Notes: generated by a model not told the origin, from the letters alone. A stretch of 64,000 nucleotides of DNA from the human T2T-CHM13v2.0 reference genome, Homo sapiens (GCF_009914755.1 NC_060934.1), one strand, 5' to 3'; counted from the first letter of the stretch, positions 1 to 14,820 are shown. Made by a program: numbers and translations.

Positions 1-473
1 GTGCTTCTGTTAACATAAGATGACATTAAGTGTATTTTATGAAGCAGAAAATTGCTTCACACCCAAATTCTTAAAATTCGTTTTTTTGTGCTGTCTTTAA
101 TAAGACATAGAACATTGGTACACATGAGCTGCATAACAGTCTAATGGAATTAGCATTTAGTAATTTGATATTTTGTATGCCTGACAAATCTGATGTAGAA
201 GGAAATAGGGAAGAACACTGTTTTATGACCAGAACCATGCTTTAAAGTGGAATGAATTTACTAATTCTTTGTTGGCAATCTACTTAAGGACCTGAGCTTG
301 GTGCAATCTTAGAAACTGACCCAGGCAAGCTCACAAATTTATAATAAAGAGGGTATAACAAGAATTTTAAAAGAAAACAAAGCTTTCTTTATATTAAAGG
401 CACTACTAAATATATATATGTAATTTTTAAGCATTGTTATTAACTTAGACTTTGAGAGACGAATTGAACTCAG

Positions 474-474
<1 letters not shown>

Positions 475-518
<44 letters not shown>
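475..518. repeat. (TG)22 microsatellite
   Basis: Uninterrupted TG run. Confidence 0.97.
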
Positions 519-521
<3 letters not shown>

Positions 522-910
522 TTAAAATTCTCAAGCATGAAGTTTTTAAAATATTAAGGGTATCATCTTGGTAACCTTGTAGCAAACTCTATAAGCCTTG
601 ATAAAGTTTTTCCACTGAAATCAATTTACTTCAACTGGGAATAATCATCCTTAAGAGTTCAGATGACAAGGCTGAATTTACCATGAACTCTAAATATGAA
701 GGGAAAAACATAATGTTTTTTGGTCAAAATAAATTAATGAAATTGAACAATGGCTATTTTCAAGTTTGAACGATTAGTAGAAACTAATATAGATTACCAC
801 ATATTTATTAAAAGATATTCTAATTTAATCTGGTGCTTAGAAAAGGTACCTCACAAATATGATATCTTTTGAAAGATGTAAAAGTCAATTTCATTAAAGA
901 AATATCTTTT

Positions 911-1116
911 TTGAGGTAAATTTATTTTATATATATATATTATACTTTAAGTTCTAGGGTACATGTGCACAACGTGCAGGTTTGTTACATATGTATACAT
1001 GTGCCATGTTGGTGTGCTGCACCCATTTAACTCGTCATTTACATTAGGTATATCTCCTAATGCTATCCCTCCCCCCTCCCCCCACCCCAGGACAGGCCCC
1101 ACTTGGACACAGGAAG
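911..1116 (-). mobile_element. 5'-truncated L1PA 3' end with a tiny 5' inversion
   Basis: tatactttaagttctagggtacatgtgcacaacgtgcagg... is the reverse complement of the primate L1 3'UTR. TSD aagaaatatctttt (897-910) / aagaaatacctttt (1114-1127). Confidence 0.9.
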
Positions 1117-3644
1117 AAATACCTTTTAACAGACAATGTTCTGCTGATTTTTGTGAGCTTTGCTCAATTACTATTATGTGGCATTATACTCCCTTGCATT
1201 GCACCTTCTACGGAAAAAGGTGCTTCTCTTCTTGTAGTCCCCTATCAATATCACATTATCATATTTTAAGTGGGCTCATAGTGCTTACCTGAAAGATTGT
1301 ATTACATTATAAAAGATAATCATAACAAGCCTAGATGAATTAATGGGGTGAAGTGAACAAATGATTTCATAAAATGGTTCTCAAATTGTTATTTTCCTTA
1401 AGCAGGAGGAACATTTTTGAAAAATAAAACTCCAAATATAAAACAGATAAGATGAGATCACCTTGGGTGCAGCCTGTGGTCCGGGCCTCACAGCCAAGTC
1501 TATCTCTCCTCCATTGAAAGGGCTACCGCAGCCACTGAGAGACTGCAAAACTGATCCTTGAACTCTGGACAGAGCTCGAAGATCAGTGATTCATGCATGT
1601 TTTCCTGGTTAGAAAATGCTAACCTTCTTAATCCACCCAGCCATTCTTTCTGCAGATCATTTCCAAGGACCCAAATCAACCGTGATTAGAAATACTTTGT
1701 CTCTTAAGCAACGAGCGGGTGCAGTGGGTGCAAATCAAAGCTGTTTATTTCTCTGGGGCAGTTGTTGGTTGCCCTTCTTTGAGAGATGGGGGCAATGATA
1801 ATGGTCTTCTCTATTCATTTATTGTTCTTTTCTAAATGTTTATGGTTCAAAAACAGAGTAAAGTTTATGCAAGTTCTCTGAGAAACAAGAAATACTGTCT
1901 TTATCCATCTCTCTGTAATTCTCAACACTCCAAATTAAATTCTGGAGTTTATTTGTAGTAAACTAATAAATTAGGAAAAAGATGTTTCTTTGATGAGGCA
2001 ATTGCCTCATCTAAAATAATTTCTAGTTCTGCTCCACAGTCCAAATTTGCTATCTTGGCAGAACAGAGATCAGTTGATTCATTCATGGTTGATGTTCCCG
2101 AGGAAGATAGACAACCTTAAAACACCAGAAGCCATTAAACTGAACAGCACTGAACAAAATCTACTGGTGACAGGACAGCATTTTACAGAGGTACAGCACA
2201 CCTCAACCCCCAAGATGTTACGTTCCTTTGTCCAAGGCACCAACAAAGTAAAAGTTACAGCTCTCTCTTTTCCCCCTTTATGCATGTAAAGGTGCTATTC
2301 AAGTATAACGTTTGGTATGAAGTCAAGAATTCTTAAGAAAGGGTGTCCAAAACGGATTCCTGACACTTCCACTAGTTTTATTTGTTATGGGCTGTTTGCT
2401 TTGGCAGCTCACAGCCATGGGGAGAGATCTTTTTCTCCTCCTTTCCTGGAAAACTCAACTCTCAACTCCGTCCTACCAAGATAGCAAAGTTGGATGCTGG
2501 AAAGGACCTTTTAGATTTTGATAGAATTCATCTATCAGAAAGAGAAGATTTTCCCTCCCTGTTTTATAACTGATTTCTGTGGCTAAAGAGGCTGAAGTCC
2601 TGACTTGGAGGATTTCATGTGGATTTTCTCTATATGTCAAATAATAACATCTTATTTTCAGTTAGCACTTCCCATAAGCACTTCTCGACCTGTGCTAGGT
2701 GCCATGGAGGGTATAGAATAAAATAACTGACATTTGTTGAGCACCTTCTATGTAAAACACCAAAAGAGTGCCTTGTTTACATTATCTCATTTAATACACA
2801 CCCAAACCTAGCAAAGTTAGATTTCAAAATCTCTCTCTTACTGAAAAAGAATCTCAAATAATAGCTTGCTGTAGATACCACCCAGTAATCTCCAGTAGAT
2901 AGCAGAGAGAGATACCAGCCCCAGTTTTATGCATGCAATTCTAAAGTTCATGTTCCTTCCACTAAATAATGCAGCTTCAAGTTTTGCAGTTGTTAAATGG
3001 GAAAAAATATTGAGAAATAGTGTCAAGTTGATGTGAAAATTGTATAACAGACAATTGTTGAACACGGTTCATGTCAACTATTTCACGTTCAAACAGTGTT
3101 AGTAACTTGCACTTTTTCCCTCTCTTCTTCCCATTATAGCCATATTAAATGTGGCTTTTTTTTCTGGAAGTAAAAGTGTTGGAAATCACTAATCGGCTTG
3201 TTAATTGTTAATTCACGGCTAGAGGCTCCATTGTTCTTAGTGCCTGCACTTGAAAAGAAAGTCAGATGTGGCAAAGTTGGATTTTTTTTTCTAATACGAT
3301 GCAATGTGCTCCCAAATTCTTCAGGATGTGCTAATTTTCTGCCTAGAACAAGCCTCAGAAGTTGTACTTTTAGTTAACTGGAAATATAGCAGTGTTGTTT
3401 AATGGAATAGTCACTTTTAATTATAGATGCCAAAAGCTATGAAAATAACTAATTTTACTCTTAGGAATTATATAACAATAAATATAAGCATCTTTTTCTA
3501 AAGTAAAAAATATGCAACATTTCATTCATGTATACATAATCAGAAAAAACAAAACCATTTACCTAATGGCAATCATAGTCTTCCTTCAAAAAACCATATA
3601 TCAGCTTCAGATTATTATTTATCTTTGAAGATCTATGGTGATTG

Positions 3645-4099
<455 letters not shown>

Positions 4100-4723
4100 T
4101 AAAGAGGTTGAAGATCTTTCATAAATAAAAAGCCAAATTGTTGAAACATGCATTCAGCCATACTCTGGTTAGTGGCCCAAGTCGTAGTTAAGAACAATCA
4201 ATGAAGAAATATTTTCCTAATAATATTGGAAAAACTAGCCTGATCTTAAATGTTAATAGCTCTTGATAAACAGAAGTTTTGTATTCATATTTGTAATTAT
4301 TAAACTTCTGTTAGATAATAAATTTTCTGTCCTAAAGGTGGGTGCTGTAACCTTGATTGGAGTTCCAGTTAAGAGAAGAATACTCCTTGATCAGAGAACA
4401 TTCCCTAGGGAAGGCAGCTTGGGTTGAATATTTCTGAGGGTGTGAGTAGGATGGGAGGGTAAAAGGGAATATGGTAAAACAGAAGACAAGCAGCTGAAGT
4501 ATGTTAGAAATCAGAGGGAAATGATTTGGAAAGTAGTTTGTAGAAAGGCAGTGCAAAATGTCAGTGAAAATGTTGTGTTTATTAATTGTTCTTTGCGTTT
4601 CACTCTCATCTAAACCCCCAGCAAATACCTTCCTCTGGAAATTCTAAAGCCCATCATTTCTTGAGCTCAATATTGACGACTCTTCTATGACTATAGATAT
4701 AAATTTTGTATATACTAATCCCA

Positions 4724-4790
4724 ATGTTTTATTTTTAATTTATTTTTAATTTTTGTGGGTACATGGTAGGTGTATATATTTATGGGGTAC
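4724..4790 (-). mobile_element. Very short L1MA-type 3' terminus
   Basis: tttttgtgggtacatggtaggtgtatatatttatggggtac, flanked by tactaatccca / tactaatctca. Confidence 0.7.
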
Positions 4791-5214
4791 TAATCTCACA
4801 AGAGAAATGTCTTCAACTTTTAACTCTTAGTTATCTACAATTTCCACCTTACTACAAAAATTTACCCAACTCTGGTCATTTAACCCTAAGATATCCTTTG
4901 GGTTATAGCTGACTTTGTATTAATGAAATCATTAGCTTTTCAACTTTCCAACATCATAAAAAAATTATATCTCTGATGAGGGTTATTATGAGTGTCAACA
5001 TTTCAATAATTCTGCTATAATCTGATGTGTTTACCTTGTTTTTGTCACATAATCCAGCTGTAAGTTGATTTATCATTTTACTTTGCATTCATATGAAGAA
5101 GACACAAGGCAGAAAGCGATTAATGATTTATTCTCCCAAAGCTTCACTTTCTTGGGTTCTTAACTTGCTTCTTCATACTGATAAAGTACAATGTTGATTG
5201 GAAGCGGTGACTGG

Positions 5215-6780
5215 CCATTTTGTTATGTTTCTAACTCAAAGGGAAAACATTCAGTCTTTCACCATAATGTATGAGGTTAGCTGTAGATTATTCATGGATA
5301 TCCTGTATTATTTATTCTGTATAGAATTTTAAAACCTCAATAGTTAAAAATCCAGTCAATAGTTAAAATAACTAAAACATAGTCAAATAATAAATCTATT
5401 TTATGAATATAAATATGGTTTAATTTAAAGAAATCTATTAATGCAATTAGTAGCACTGGTACTGAAGATCACTTGGTCATCTTGACAGATGGAAAAAATA
5501 TTTGATAAAATTTAACCATTTTTTTAAGTTAACATTAGCAAACTGAGACAGAGGTTACTTACTACATGCAATAATAAATATCATTTTACAACATAAAAAT
5601 ATGCTAAACACTGAAGCCCAAGAAACATTAAAGTAACAAAAAAGGCAAGGATGTGATCACCATTTTTATGTAGCATAATTCTGTAATTCTAGTTGCAGAA
5701 AAAAGAAACATAAGTAAGAGATAAGACTATTGGAAAGGAGAAACAAAAGTTATTATTTGTAGATAAAAGAATCAGTTACTACACAGCAGTCAATAGCGTT
5801 CTATATCAGAAATGACTATTTAAGAAATGCAATGATTTAAGCTTCTTAACATTAGCAAAAATAGTTACTAACAAAATTAGTAACTTATGGAAATTATATA
5901 AGAAGAATGAATATTTAATGAGGCACTTGACTAACACCTGAATAAACATTTAATGGATGTAAAGTTGCATTTAGTAAGATGTCAACTATTTCCACATCTA
6001 TTCGATCAGATTCACAATAGCACTATTATTTGGAACGTTAGAATGTGATTATAAAAATTTCAGAGAAGAATTAAATGTGTGTGACTACTCAAGGAAAAAA
6101 TAAAAATGAAAACAAGGATGGAGGATTTAAACTCCCAGGTATTATTCAACAGAGGATTCTGAGAATGTTAGTCATCTATTTGGGGAAAAAAAATATGTAT
6201 TTTTAAATTTGGTTCTTACTTTTCACCCTATTCCAAAATAAATTTAAAAGAGTTTCGAGAAATAAACTAAGAAATGAAATAATGGGGTAGCTAGGAGAGA
6301 ATCTGGCAGTTATTTCTTTAATGCTAAGGTAGGAGAGGCTTTTCTGAGCAGAAAAGCAATAAAAGAAATTTTAAAAGAAAAGGTTGGAAGACTTCACTAT
6401 GTAAATATACAAACTGCTGTATGCCAAAAACAAAACAAAAAAAATAGTATTAAAGGGAAAATTACAGACACATGGTATATTTGACAGGGATTTAATGCTC
6501 TTAGTGTATAGAAATGTTTGCTTTAACAAAAAGAACAGCCCAATCAAAAGAAATGGGGAAAATAAGTGATTGTACAGTTTAAAAATGTAGAAATACAAAG
6601 AGTCAATGAACATTTAACCTCACGAGTAATATAAGAAATGTTAATTAAAACATGAAATGTCATTTTAACATAAATCCAAAAAAGGTGAGGTTGTGTATTT
6701 TATAAGGGTTAAAATGACATAAGTAATCTCATATATAGCTTGAATAAATCTGCATAAAACCGTGTAATGGGGTGTATGCT
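5215..6780 (+). mobile_element. Degenerate old L1M ORF2 fragments (short minus-strand piece at ~5215-5310)
   Basis: A-rich sequence with eroded L1 ORF2 motifs (gaaaaaatatttgataaaatt, tattatttgtagata, ttagtgtatagaaatg). Confidence 0.55.
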
Positions 6781-6799
6781 GTCATTAAAAATTACCTCT

Positions 6800-8058
6800 T
6801 ACCAACAAAAACAAACATAAACAATTGGCATTGCAACAAACGAAAAAGCTTCTCCACAGCAGGGGAAACAGCAAAGTGAGAAAACCTACAAAATAGAAGA
6901 TATTGATAAACTGTTCATCTGACAGAAGATTAATATCCAGATACAAGAAACTCAAACATCCGAACAGCAAATAACCAACAACCTAATTAAAAACTAGGTA
7001 AATGACCTGAACAGATATTTCTCAAAAGATGATATACAAATGGCCAACAAATATAATTTTAAAAATACTCAACATCATTAATCATCAAGGAAATGCAAAT
7101 CAAAACCACAATGAGGTATCATCTCACCCCAGTTAGAGTAGCTATCATCAAAAAGATAAAAAGTAACAAATGCTGCTGACAAGGACATGGAGAAAAAGGG
7201 AACTTTTATGCACTGTTGGTGGGCATGTAAACTGGTACAGCCGCTGTGGAGAACAGTATGGAAGTTCCTCAAAAAACAATAGAACTACCAGATGATCTAG
7301 CAATCCCACTACTAGACACTGATGCAAAGGAAGGGAAATCAGTATATTAAAGAGACATCTCCACTCCCATGTTTACTGCAGCACTGTTCACAATAGCCAA
7401 GATATGGAATTAACCCAGCTCTCCAACAACAGATCAATGGATGAAGAAAATGTAGTGTATATATATACACAATAGAATACTGTTCAGCCTTATAAAGAAG
7501 GAAATCCTGTCATTTAAAGTAACATGGATGGAACTGGAGGACATTACATTAAGTGTTTCACTGATTTGAAGTCCAGAACAGAAAATTTAATGCTACACAT
7601 TCTCATTCATATGCAGAAGCTTTAAAAAATAAAAGGTGATTTCATGGAAATAAAATGCAGAACAGTGGATATTCGAGGCTGGGAAGAGTAGGTGAAAGAG
7701 GGAGAAAGGGAGAGATTTGTTAAAGGATATAAATTATAGCTAGATAGGAGTAAGTTCTAATGTTCTATTTTATATACAGTATAATAGATTATAATGATAC
7801 AAAACTATATAACAATATAACATATATAATAACAATATAACTATTTAACAATAACTCTATATTGTAATGTAGTTAACAATACTATATATTTTCAAATAGT
7901 TAGAAGGAGAATATTGAATGTTCCTAACACAAAGAAATGACAAATGTTTGAGACGATGGATATGCTAATTAACCTAATCTGATCACTATACATTGTATGT
8001 ATTAAAACATAACTACATACCCCATTAAATATGTAAAATTGTCATATATCAATTAAAA
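6800..8058 (+). mobile_element. L1MA-type ORF2 end and 3'UTR
   Basis: gaaatgcaaatcaaaaccacaatgag, gcactgttcacaatagccaagatatggaat, gctagataggag...; internal AT-rich low-complexity patch at 7770-7890. Confidence 0.9.
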
Positions 8059-9582
8059 CATTTCCTCTCAAAGGATATTTATGGACATGGGAAAATGCCT
8101 AGACTATCAACTTGGAAAAGCAAGCTATTACATGTTGTGATTCCGATTAATTGAGTAATTCATTGGTACAAGTAAATATGCATTAAATAAAGACGAGGTT
8201 GAACGTAAAACTAACACCATCTTAGCACTGGGATACACCTACTTTAGTTTGTGAATTTTTTGTAAATTTCTTTCAAAATGGTTATTTTTAAAACCAGCCA
8301 ATGCTATTTAACATATACATATTATTTAGAGTTCGAATTATTTATTGGACAATATTTTTCAAATTGTGTGCGGCAGTTCAGCATTTTCACCCAGTGGGTG
8401 ACAAGCAGCATTTTTTAAATGAAATATAATGACATAGAAAATATATCTGTGCTTTATGTGGATCTTTATAAAAAAGGAACAAGAAAAAAAGGAATCATTG
8501 CAACAAATATTTAGCTTCAATACGTACACACAGATATACACGTAAATCCCCAAACACAGTGTTAAATATACTTGCTACTATGGTTTATTCTAAAGAGGTT
8601 CAAAGACACTATATTGGAGAAATTTTAATTGAAGATTTCAGAAATCTCATACTTTATGTTGCCAATGCATTTCCATCCACCTGATGCAGGTGAAACTGAA
8701 AGTCAGTGAGGAATTCGGGTTTCACTATTTCCACATCTGCTGGTTTTTAAAAATGTAACAAGGGCAGTAACCCAGCGGGGCTTAAACTTGTGAAATTCTT
8801 GAAGCCACAATGCTCTGTAAAGAAGGATTGTGTAAGTCAATACACACCCAAACTTGCACCATTTAAAACTCCCTTAGCCAGCATATTTCAATATGTTCTA
8901 GCATCACTTAAGAAGTTACACAGGTAGCAAAGATAGAAATTGGATTTCACTGTGAGAATAGTATTGCGAGCAAATCAGTCAAGTCTTTAGAGTCGAACAC
9001 TGTAACTTTTAGCTATTTTCAAATGAATGAATACTTCATTCTCTTTCCCATTCTAAGTAGTATTTTAAGAAATTTTTAAAATTTAGACATAAAATAAATA
9101 CCAAAGTATCTAATAATCTAGCTAGAGTTGCTGTTTCCTAAACTGGGCTTAGTGGATTGTCCCATTGTGTAACTGGCTTTGTTTTAATGCATCGCAATTT
9201 CAACTTGTATTTCTGTCTACCTTTTTATATATTTGTCATCCCTGTAAAGCCCTGAAAATGCACAAATGAGGACATTTTGCCAACATCATCAGTGGCTTTT
9301 AATCAGAACGATTTCTGAGAAGATTCACCTATTTCCAGATAAGACTCAATATTGTAGCTTCACCCAGTGTCAACTCTTTCCTGTCCTACAGACTCCCAAA
9401 CTGAAAACAGACTAGTTATAAAGAGGTGACATTCACAGGAAGAAGAACTCCAGCATGCAAAGCCAATTGCAAAAATCATTTTCCTTGTTGGAAATTTTAT
9501 CAATGAAAGATAGGATAACAACTAAAAAGTAATGGAAATACCTTTTTTGCCTATTATTTGGAGGAGAGAGAAATAAGATGAA

Positions 9583-9898
9583 TTTTTTTTTTTTTTGAGA
9601 CAGAGTCTCACTCTGTTGGCCAGGCTGGGGTGCAGTGGTATGATAACAGCTCACGGCAGCCTCAGCCTCCTACACTCAACCTCCTGCACTCAAGCAATCT
9701 TTCCACTTCAGCCTCCCAAGTAGCTGGGACTACAGGCATGCACCACCATGCCTGGCTAATTTTTCTTTTTCTTTTTTTTGTAGAGACAGGATTTTGCCAG
9801 GCTACTCAGGCTGGTCTTGAACTCCTGGGCTCAGGAGATCCTCCTGCCTTGACCTCCCAAAATGCTGGGATTACAGGCATGAGCCACCGTGCCCAGCC
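9583..9898 (-). mobile_element. AluJ
   Basis: Dimeric Alu with J-type gaactcctgggctcag; TSD-like gaattttttt on both sides. Confidence 0.92.
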
Positions 9899-10934
9899 CA
9901 ATACGAATTTTTTTTTTTAAGTGAGATGACAGAATTGGAAGAATAAAAGTCCCTGATGTTGTTATGCTTTGTAAATACATACATATTAGGGCTACTCTAG
10001 ATTCTAGAAAACTAGAGGAAAGATTGAGCCTTTACTTTGGAAAACCTGCACCTCTGCAAGATGCCACGTGTACGGATGACTACATTCTGGTGATTAAGTA
10101 AAGTGATCCCAGTTTTCCATCTGAAACTCATCTCTAAAGCAAAGTTCTTGTATTCTGCAGATAACTATTCTTATGAACATTGGATTATAATTTCAGCTAC
10201 AAGTAGCATCAAGATCTTTTATCAGAAGAAAACACACTCCACCTTCTTGCATATTCTAATGATGTAAAACTTCATAAGTGATCCTACAATATGTCTCTGT
10301 AATAGGTTATGAATAGTCATCTATCATTCCCAGAGCAGTATATAATAAATGGTTCAGGTATGAAAATTCTGAAAATTTTCAGCTCAAGATTGTTGATTTT
10401 AGGGGAAATGTGTTTAGAAATGTACTTGTCCATTTCATGCCTGAGGCCAACTAGGAGCAAGCATGCCTGTATGGGAAATGAGATAGGATTTTTTACTAAT
10501 TTATAATTTGAAATAAGGATAATTATAAGTAACATTTTAAATTTTATGACCATTTTTCAGTTAAACTTTTTCAGTATTTCTAAAGAAAATTATTTTCCCA
10601 TATCTTACAGCTCTATACTACCAGTTACCTATTTTATGTCATAATAAAACATGTTATTGGCTATAATCACTGCTGTTTATCATCTCATTTAAAATACTGA
10701 TGCTTCTTTTTAAAGCATCTTTCCATTTCTTTGATTCTGGAGGATCATTTTTCATACCTTTGCATACTGTGGCAAGAAAATTTACTAAATGCACAGTTGA
10801 TGTTTCCATTAAGATAACACATCCTGATAAATACCCTAAGGCTAAAAGGATCATATAAATCACCAGATAATTCGATGTAATATTTGTCCAAAAATCTTAA
10901 TAATTTTACAGAGCTTTGTTTTTACATATAGAGC

Positions 10935-11150
10935 ATAGTTAAGCAAACCACAGTAAATGAATTAAAAATATGACCCACTTTCTGGTTTTATAAAGTTTGA
11001 CTGGCACACAGCCACACCCAATGTGTTTACACATTTATCTGTGTCTGTTTTCAAGCTACAGTGGTGACTAGTTGGGACAGAAACAACGTAGCCCTCAAAT
11101 CCTACAATATTTACTATCTGGTCCTTTACAAAAAAAGTCTGCCGGCCCCT
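10935..11150 (+). mobile_element. MER58A-like hAT-Charlie fossil
   Basis: aatatttactatctggtcctttacaaaaaaagtctgccggcccctg terminus and cacacagccacaccca motif. Confidence 0.75.
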
Positions 11151-12119
11151 GATCTATAAACTGATTTCTAATGGGGTCTTAAGATTCTGTGTAGTTTCTT
11201 TGCTAAATTCTTCATGGATGTTTCATTTCGCTGGTGGAATGAAACATGTTCAATTGCTCGGTAAGACAAGCACTTCATTTTTGATCCTTATGTATTGCTT
11301 ATGTATCTTTTAACATTTACTCTATTTCCTACATAGGAATATATTACCCTTGCAAAATAATTCCTATTTCTGAAATTCTTTCTGCAAAACTGACACAAGT
11401 TAGAGATTTGATGAGATTTATACTTTTATCTCTTGAATTGATACATGCCACAAGCTGGGAGAACATTGCTTGTTTTCTAGGCTGCCTTATTTAATGGAAT
11501 TCTCTTAGTATGTTCCCTGGGGGCTTTGAAATCAACACACCATTGAAATTGAATGGAAATTAGTATAATTAATTTGAAGTACTGTATAGCTCTCTATTAA
11601 TTTGTTTTGGAATTAGATAATGGTGAGAAGAGAATAATTTGGACATAAAAACATTAAAACCCTGCTGTAGTTAGGAGTTCACATTTTGTTGAAATCAATT
11701 ATGTGAGAAATATTTACAAAACCATGTAATTTCTGTCCATTTTGAATAAAGATTTGGCCCATATGTGAGAGCAACTTAGAGTTTCTCTCATAATATTCTA
11801 TGATATTAGTTCCCAAAAATGATAAGGGACTTTATGTTATAAAACACATTTCACATTAATATGGTACATATAATTAACTCCTAAACATTTTCTAAATCCT
11901 GTCTATGAAGTGAAAACCTCATTTACTCATTTTTCTATGATAGTCAGATTTGGTACATGCATACCATGTACCAGAGGTATTATTAGGTACAAAGGTATAA
12001 TTAGGTATTAAACAAGCTAACAGTTACTTAATCTTTACTAGACAAATACTGAACTTTTAATCCTTATATAACCTCCCCCACCTCATCTTACAGATGAGGA
12101 AACAGGCTTAGAAAGGGAA

Positions 12120-12480
12120 AATAAGAGTACAACATTTCAGTTAGGAGGAATAAGTTTCTTGAGATATATTGCACAACACAGTGAGTATAGCATATTGTAT
12201 CTTTTGTATTTTTGTGTATTTTTGCTGTACCTATCTATTATATATTGCATATAATGACTATATTGTATATATAGTGTAGTTTATGTTTCAAAATTGCTTA
12301 GACGGTAAATGTCAAATGTTCTTATCACAAAAAGATCAGTATCTGAGATGACGGCTATATTAATTAGCTTTATGTAATCTTTTCACATTACATACATATA
12401 TCATAATATCACACTGTACCTCATAAATGTATACAATTATAATATGTCAACATGCAATACAATCATTCAAAAAAAAAGAA
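12120..12480 (+). mobile_element. L1MA/MB 3' end
   Basis: tttcagttaggaggaataagtt...aatgttcttatcacaaaaa...tatacaatta plus A tail. Confidence 0.8.
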
Positions 12481-12949
12481 AAATAACTTATCTAAGATCA
12501 CACACCTTTTCTGTGACCAAGCCAAGATACTAACTCAAACAATTGGATTCCAAAGCCTCACTTTTAATCATGTTCTCCTGAAAGCTTTGTAAGATAAACT
12601 CAAAAGCAGCCAATTGTAGTATAATAGTGGACATTTGCACTTGGTGTTGGGGGGTCTCTGAGCAAGGGTTGCTGAATCTGCTGGGTGGAAGGAGAAGGAG
12701 CTATTTCTTGGAGGAGATTGGGGTTGATTTGGATTGGGTTTGCCAGTTGGGTAGGCCAGCCGTATGTAATAGTGTGTTCAAAGGTAGAGTCATGAAAGAG
12801 CACAGCACCTTCGGGGAAGGGAAAAGAATTTGCTGTGCTTAGAGCAAAAGGAGGGTATGAATGGGTTGTAGAGCATGGGCTACAGGAGTGAGCAAGAGGC
12901 CTGAATATATTGTAGAGGAGGTCAGAGTGGTAAGAATCCCCTGAAGGTG

Positions 12950-13080
12950 TTTATTTACAATAAAAATTGCTGAGTTCCAATTGCCAGAGAATCTTACTCA
13001 GTTAGACCTATGAATTTGCATTTGGACAGGCATCTCAGGTAATTCCAATGTGGGAGAGCCTCTTTGTGAATCACCGTTAA
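12950..13080. mobile_element. MER5-like fragment
   Basis: gaatttgcatttggacaggcatctcaggtaattccaatg resembles the MER5 core. Confidence 0.45.
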
Positions 13081-13137
13081 AAATGTTGGAAAACAATGTG
13101 CTGGATAGTGATATGGTTAATGTCATTGTGCTTTGAA

Positions 13138-13178
13138 ACACACACACACACACCCACACACAGACACACACACACACA
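13138..13178. repeat. Interrupted (CA)n
   Basis: Direct reading. Confidence 0.9.
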
Positions 13179-14458
13179 GCACCTCAGTGGGGACAGGAAG
13201 CTGTTCTCAAAAGTGATTTTGGTTTATTTAGAATTCAGAAATAATATCAAGGTGTCTTTTCCTAGTGGTTTATACAACTGTCTCTCACACACACATTCTT
13301 GTGCTTATAATTGCTTTTCGATGCCATTTAGATTACTGGCCTCTAAAAAATGCTAAAATGGCTGGATCCAGTTTTATTCATTTTTAAGGCACTATATGCC
13401 ACAAAAAGTATGAGCTTTTCAAACCAAATCTCACTTGTTTTGCCATTCTCAGTCCTTTCCATTCTAGCCCTTAGTAAATTTCAATTAATAAGAAATTCTT
13501 GTCTTAAATAAATGATGAATTACTTAATTGATTTATATTTTCAGTAAAACTTAATTTCACACAACATAATTGGGGGATTAATTAATAAATCAAACAAACT
13601 GCATTTCTGCACTTTTCCCTGGGATTAATTTAATAATTTAAAGGACTAATTATTCCAAGGTAAAATTTCAGTTGATATGCAAATTTAAGATTTGGCACCG
13701 TCTTGTTAAAATATAAGGTAAAAGTTTGTACATCCCATTGGCTTTGGATACATTTGAAACAGAATAAGTGAAAACAAACCGTGCTTTAAGAACGATCTGT
13801 TCCATTGAATTACTTATGGTTATGGTCAGGTGGCTCCCAAGAAAATGTTTTTTTCTTCTGTAGAAAATTGATACATCCCCATCTTCCAAAACAGAATGTC
13901 AGTACATTCTTCAATGTTTAAACAAACTCAAAAGGAAAATATAGGAGGGAGCACTCATCTAACTCATCTGGAATTAAATAGACTCCACACATCAAAATCT
14001 CATTGGGTAAGCAGAGATGGCCTTGACCAACTGGGGATTCTCAAATTTAGGATGCCAAATCCCACACTGATGTTTACTCCACACTTAAGCTTGTTCAACA
14101 CAGATGGTAGGCATAAAATAGCTTAACTTCAATGGATCATGCCCTGAGAGAATGAGAGAGATTGTCTTCTGTGTTGACAGGAGGGTTGTTTTCACATTCC
14201 ACTTGAATTAAATTATACTTGTTCATCCCATGGTGCATAATCTCTGGCAAGGGTTCTTAGAAAGAGCTATCATGTGGACTCATTGCAAAACAAGTTAAAA
14301 ATAATAAAAAAAAGAAAGATTGCAAAGTAATGCTTTGAGCACTGTAAGAAAATATAAGGCAAAAGTTGAACAGCTTCCATTTATTTTGAAAAATATATAG
14401 ATATCTATTTAGAGTAATATAATTAACATGGATTTTTGTATATTATATATAGATATAT

Positions 14459-14820
14459 TGTATTAGTCCATTTTTCACACTTCTGATAAAGACATATCTT
14501 AGACTGGGTAATTTATAAAGAAAAAGACATTTAATGGACTCACAATTTCCCATGGCTAGGGAGGCCTCACAATCATGGTGGAAGGCAAAAGACACATCTT
14601 ACATGGTGCAGACAAGAAAGAATGAGAGCCAGGCAAAAGGGGAAACCCCATATAAAGCCATCAGATCTTGTGAGACTTATTTACTACCATGAGAACAGTA
14701 TGGGGGAAACTGCCCCTATGATTAGATTATCTCCCACTGGGTCCCTCCCACAACACAGGGAAATTATGGGAGCTGAAATTCAAGATGAGATTTGTGTGGG
14801 GACACAGCCAAAGTATATCA
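14459..14820 (-). mobile_element. THE1-type MaLR solo LTR
   Basis: TG...CA ends (tgtattagtcc...ggggacacagccaaagtatatca), 362 bp, 5-bp TSD TATAT. Confidence 0.9.

Noticed and set aside
963-1292. 109-aa ORF
   Set aside because: Begins in antisense L1 3'UTR; no homology recognised.
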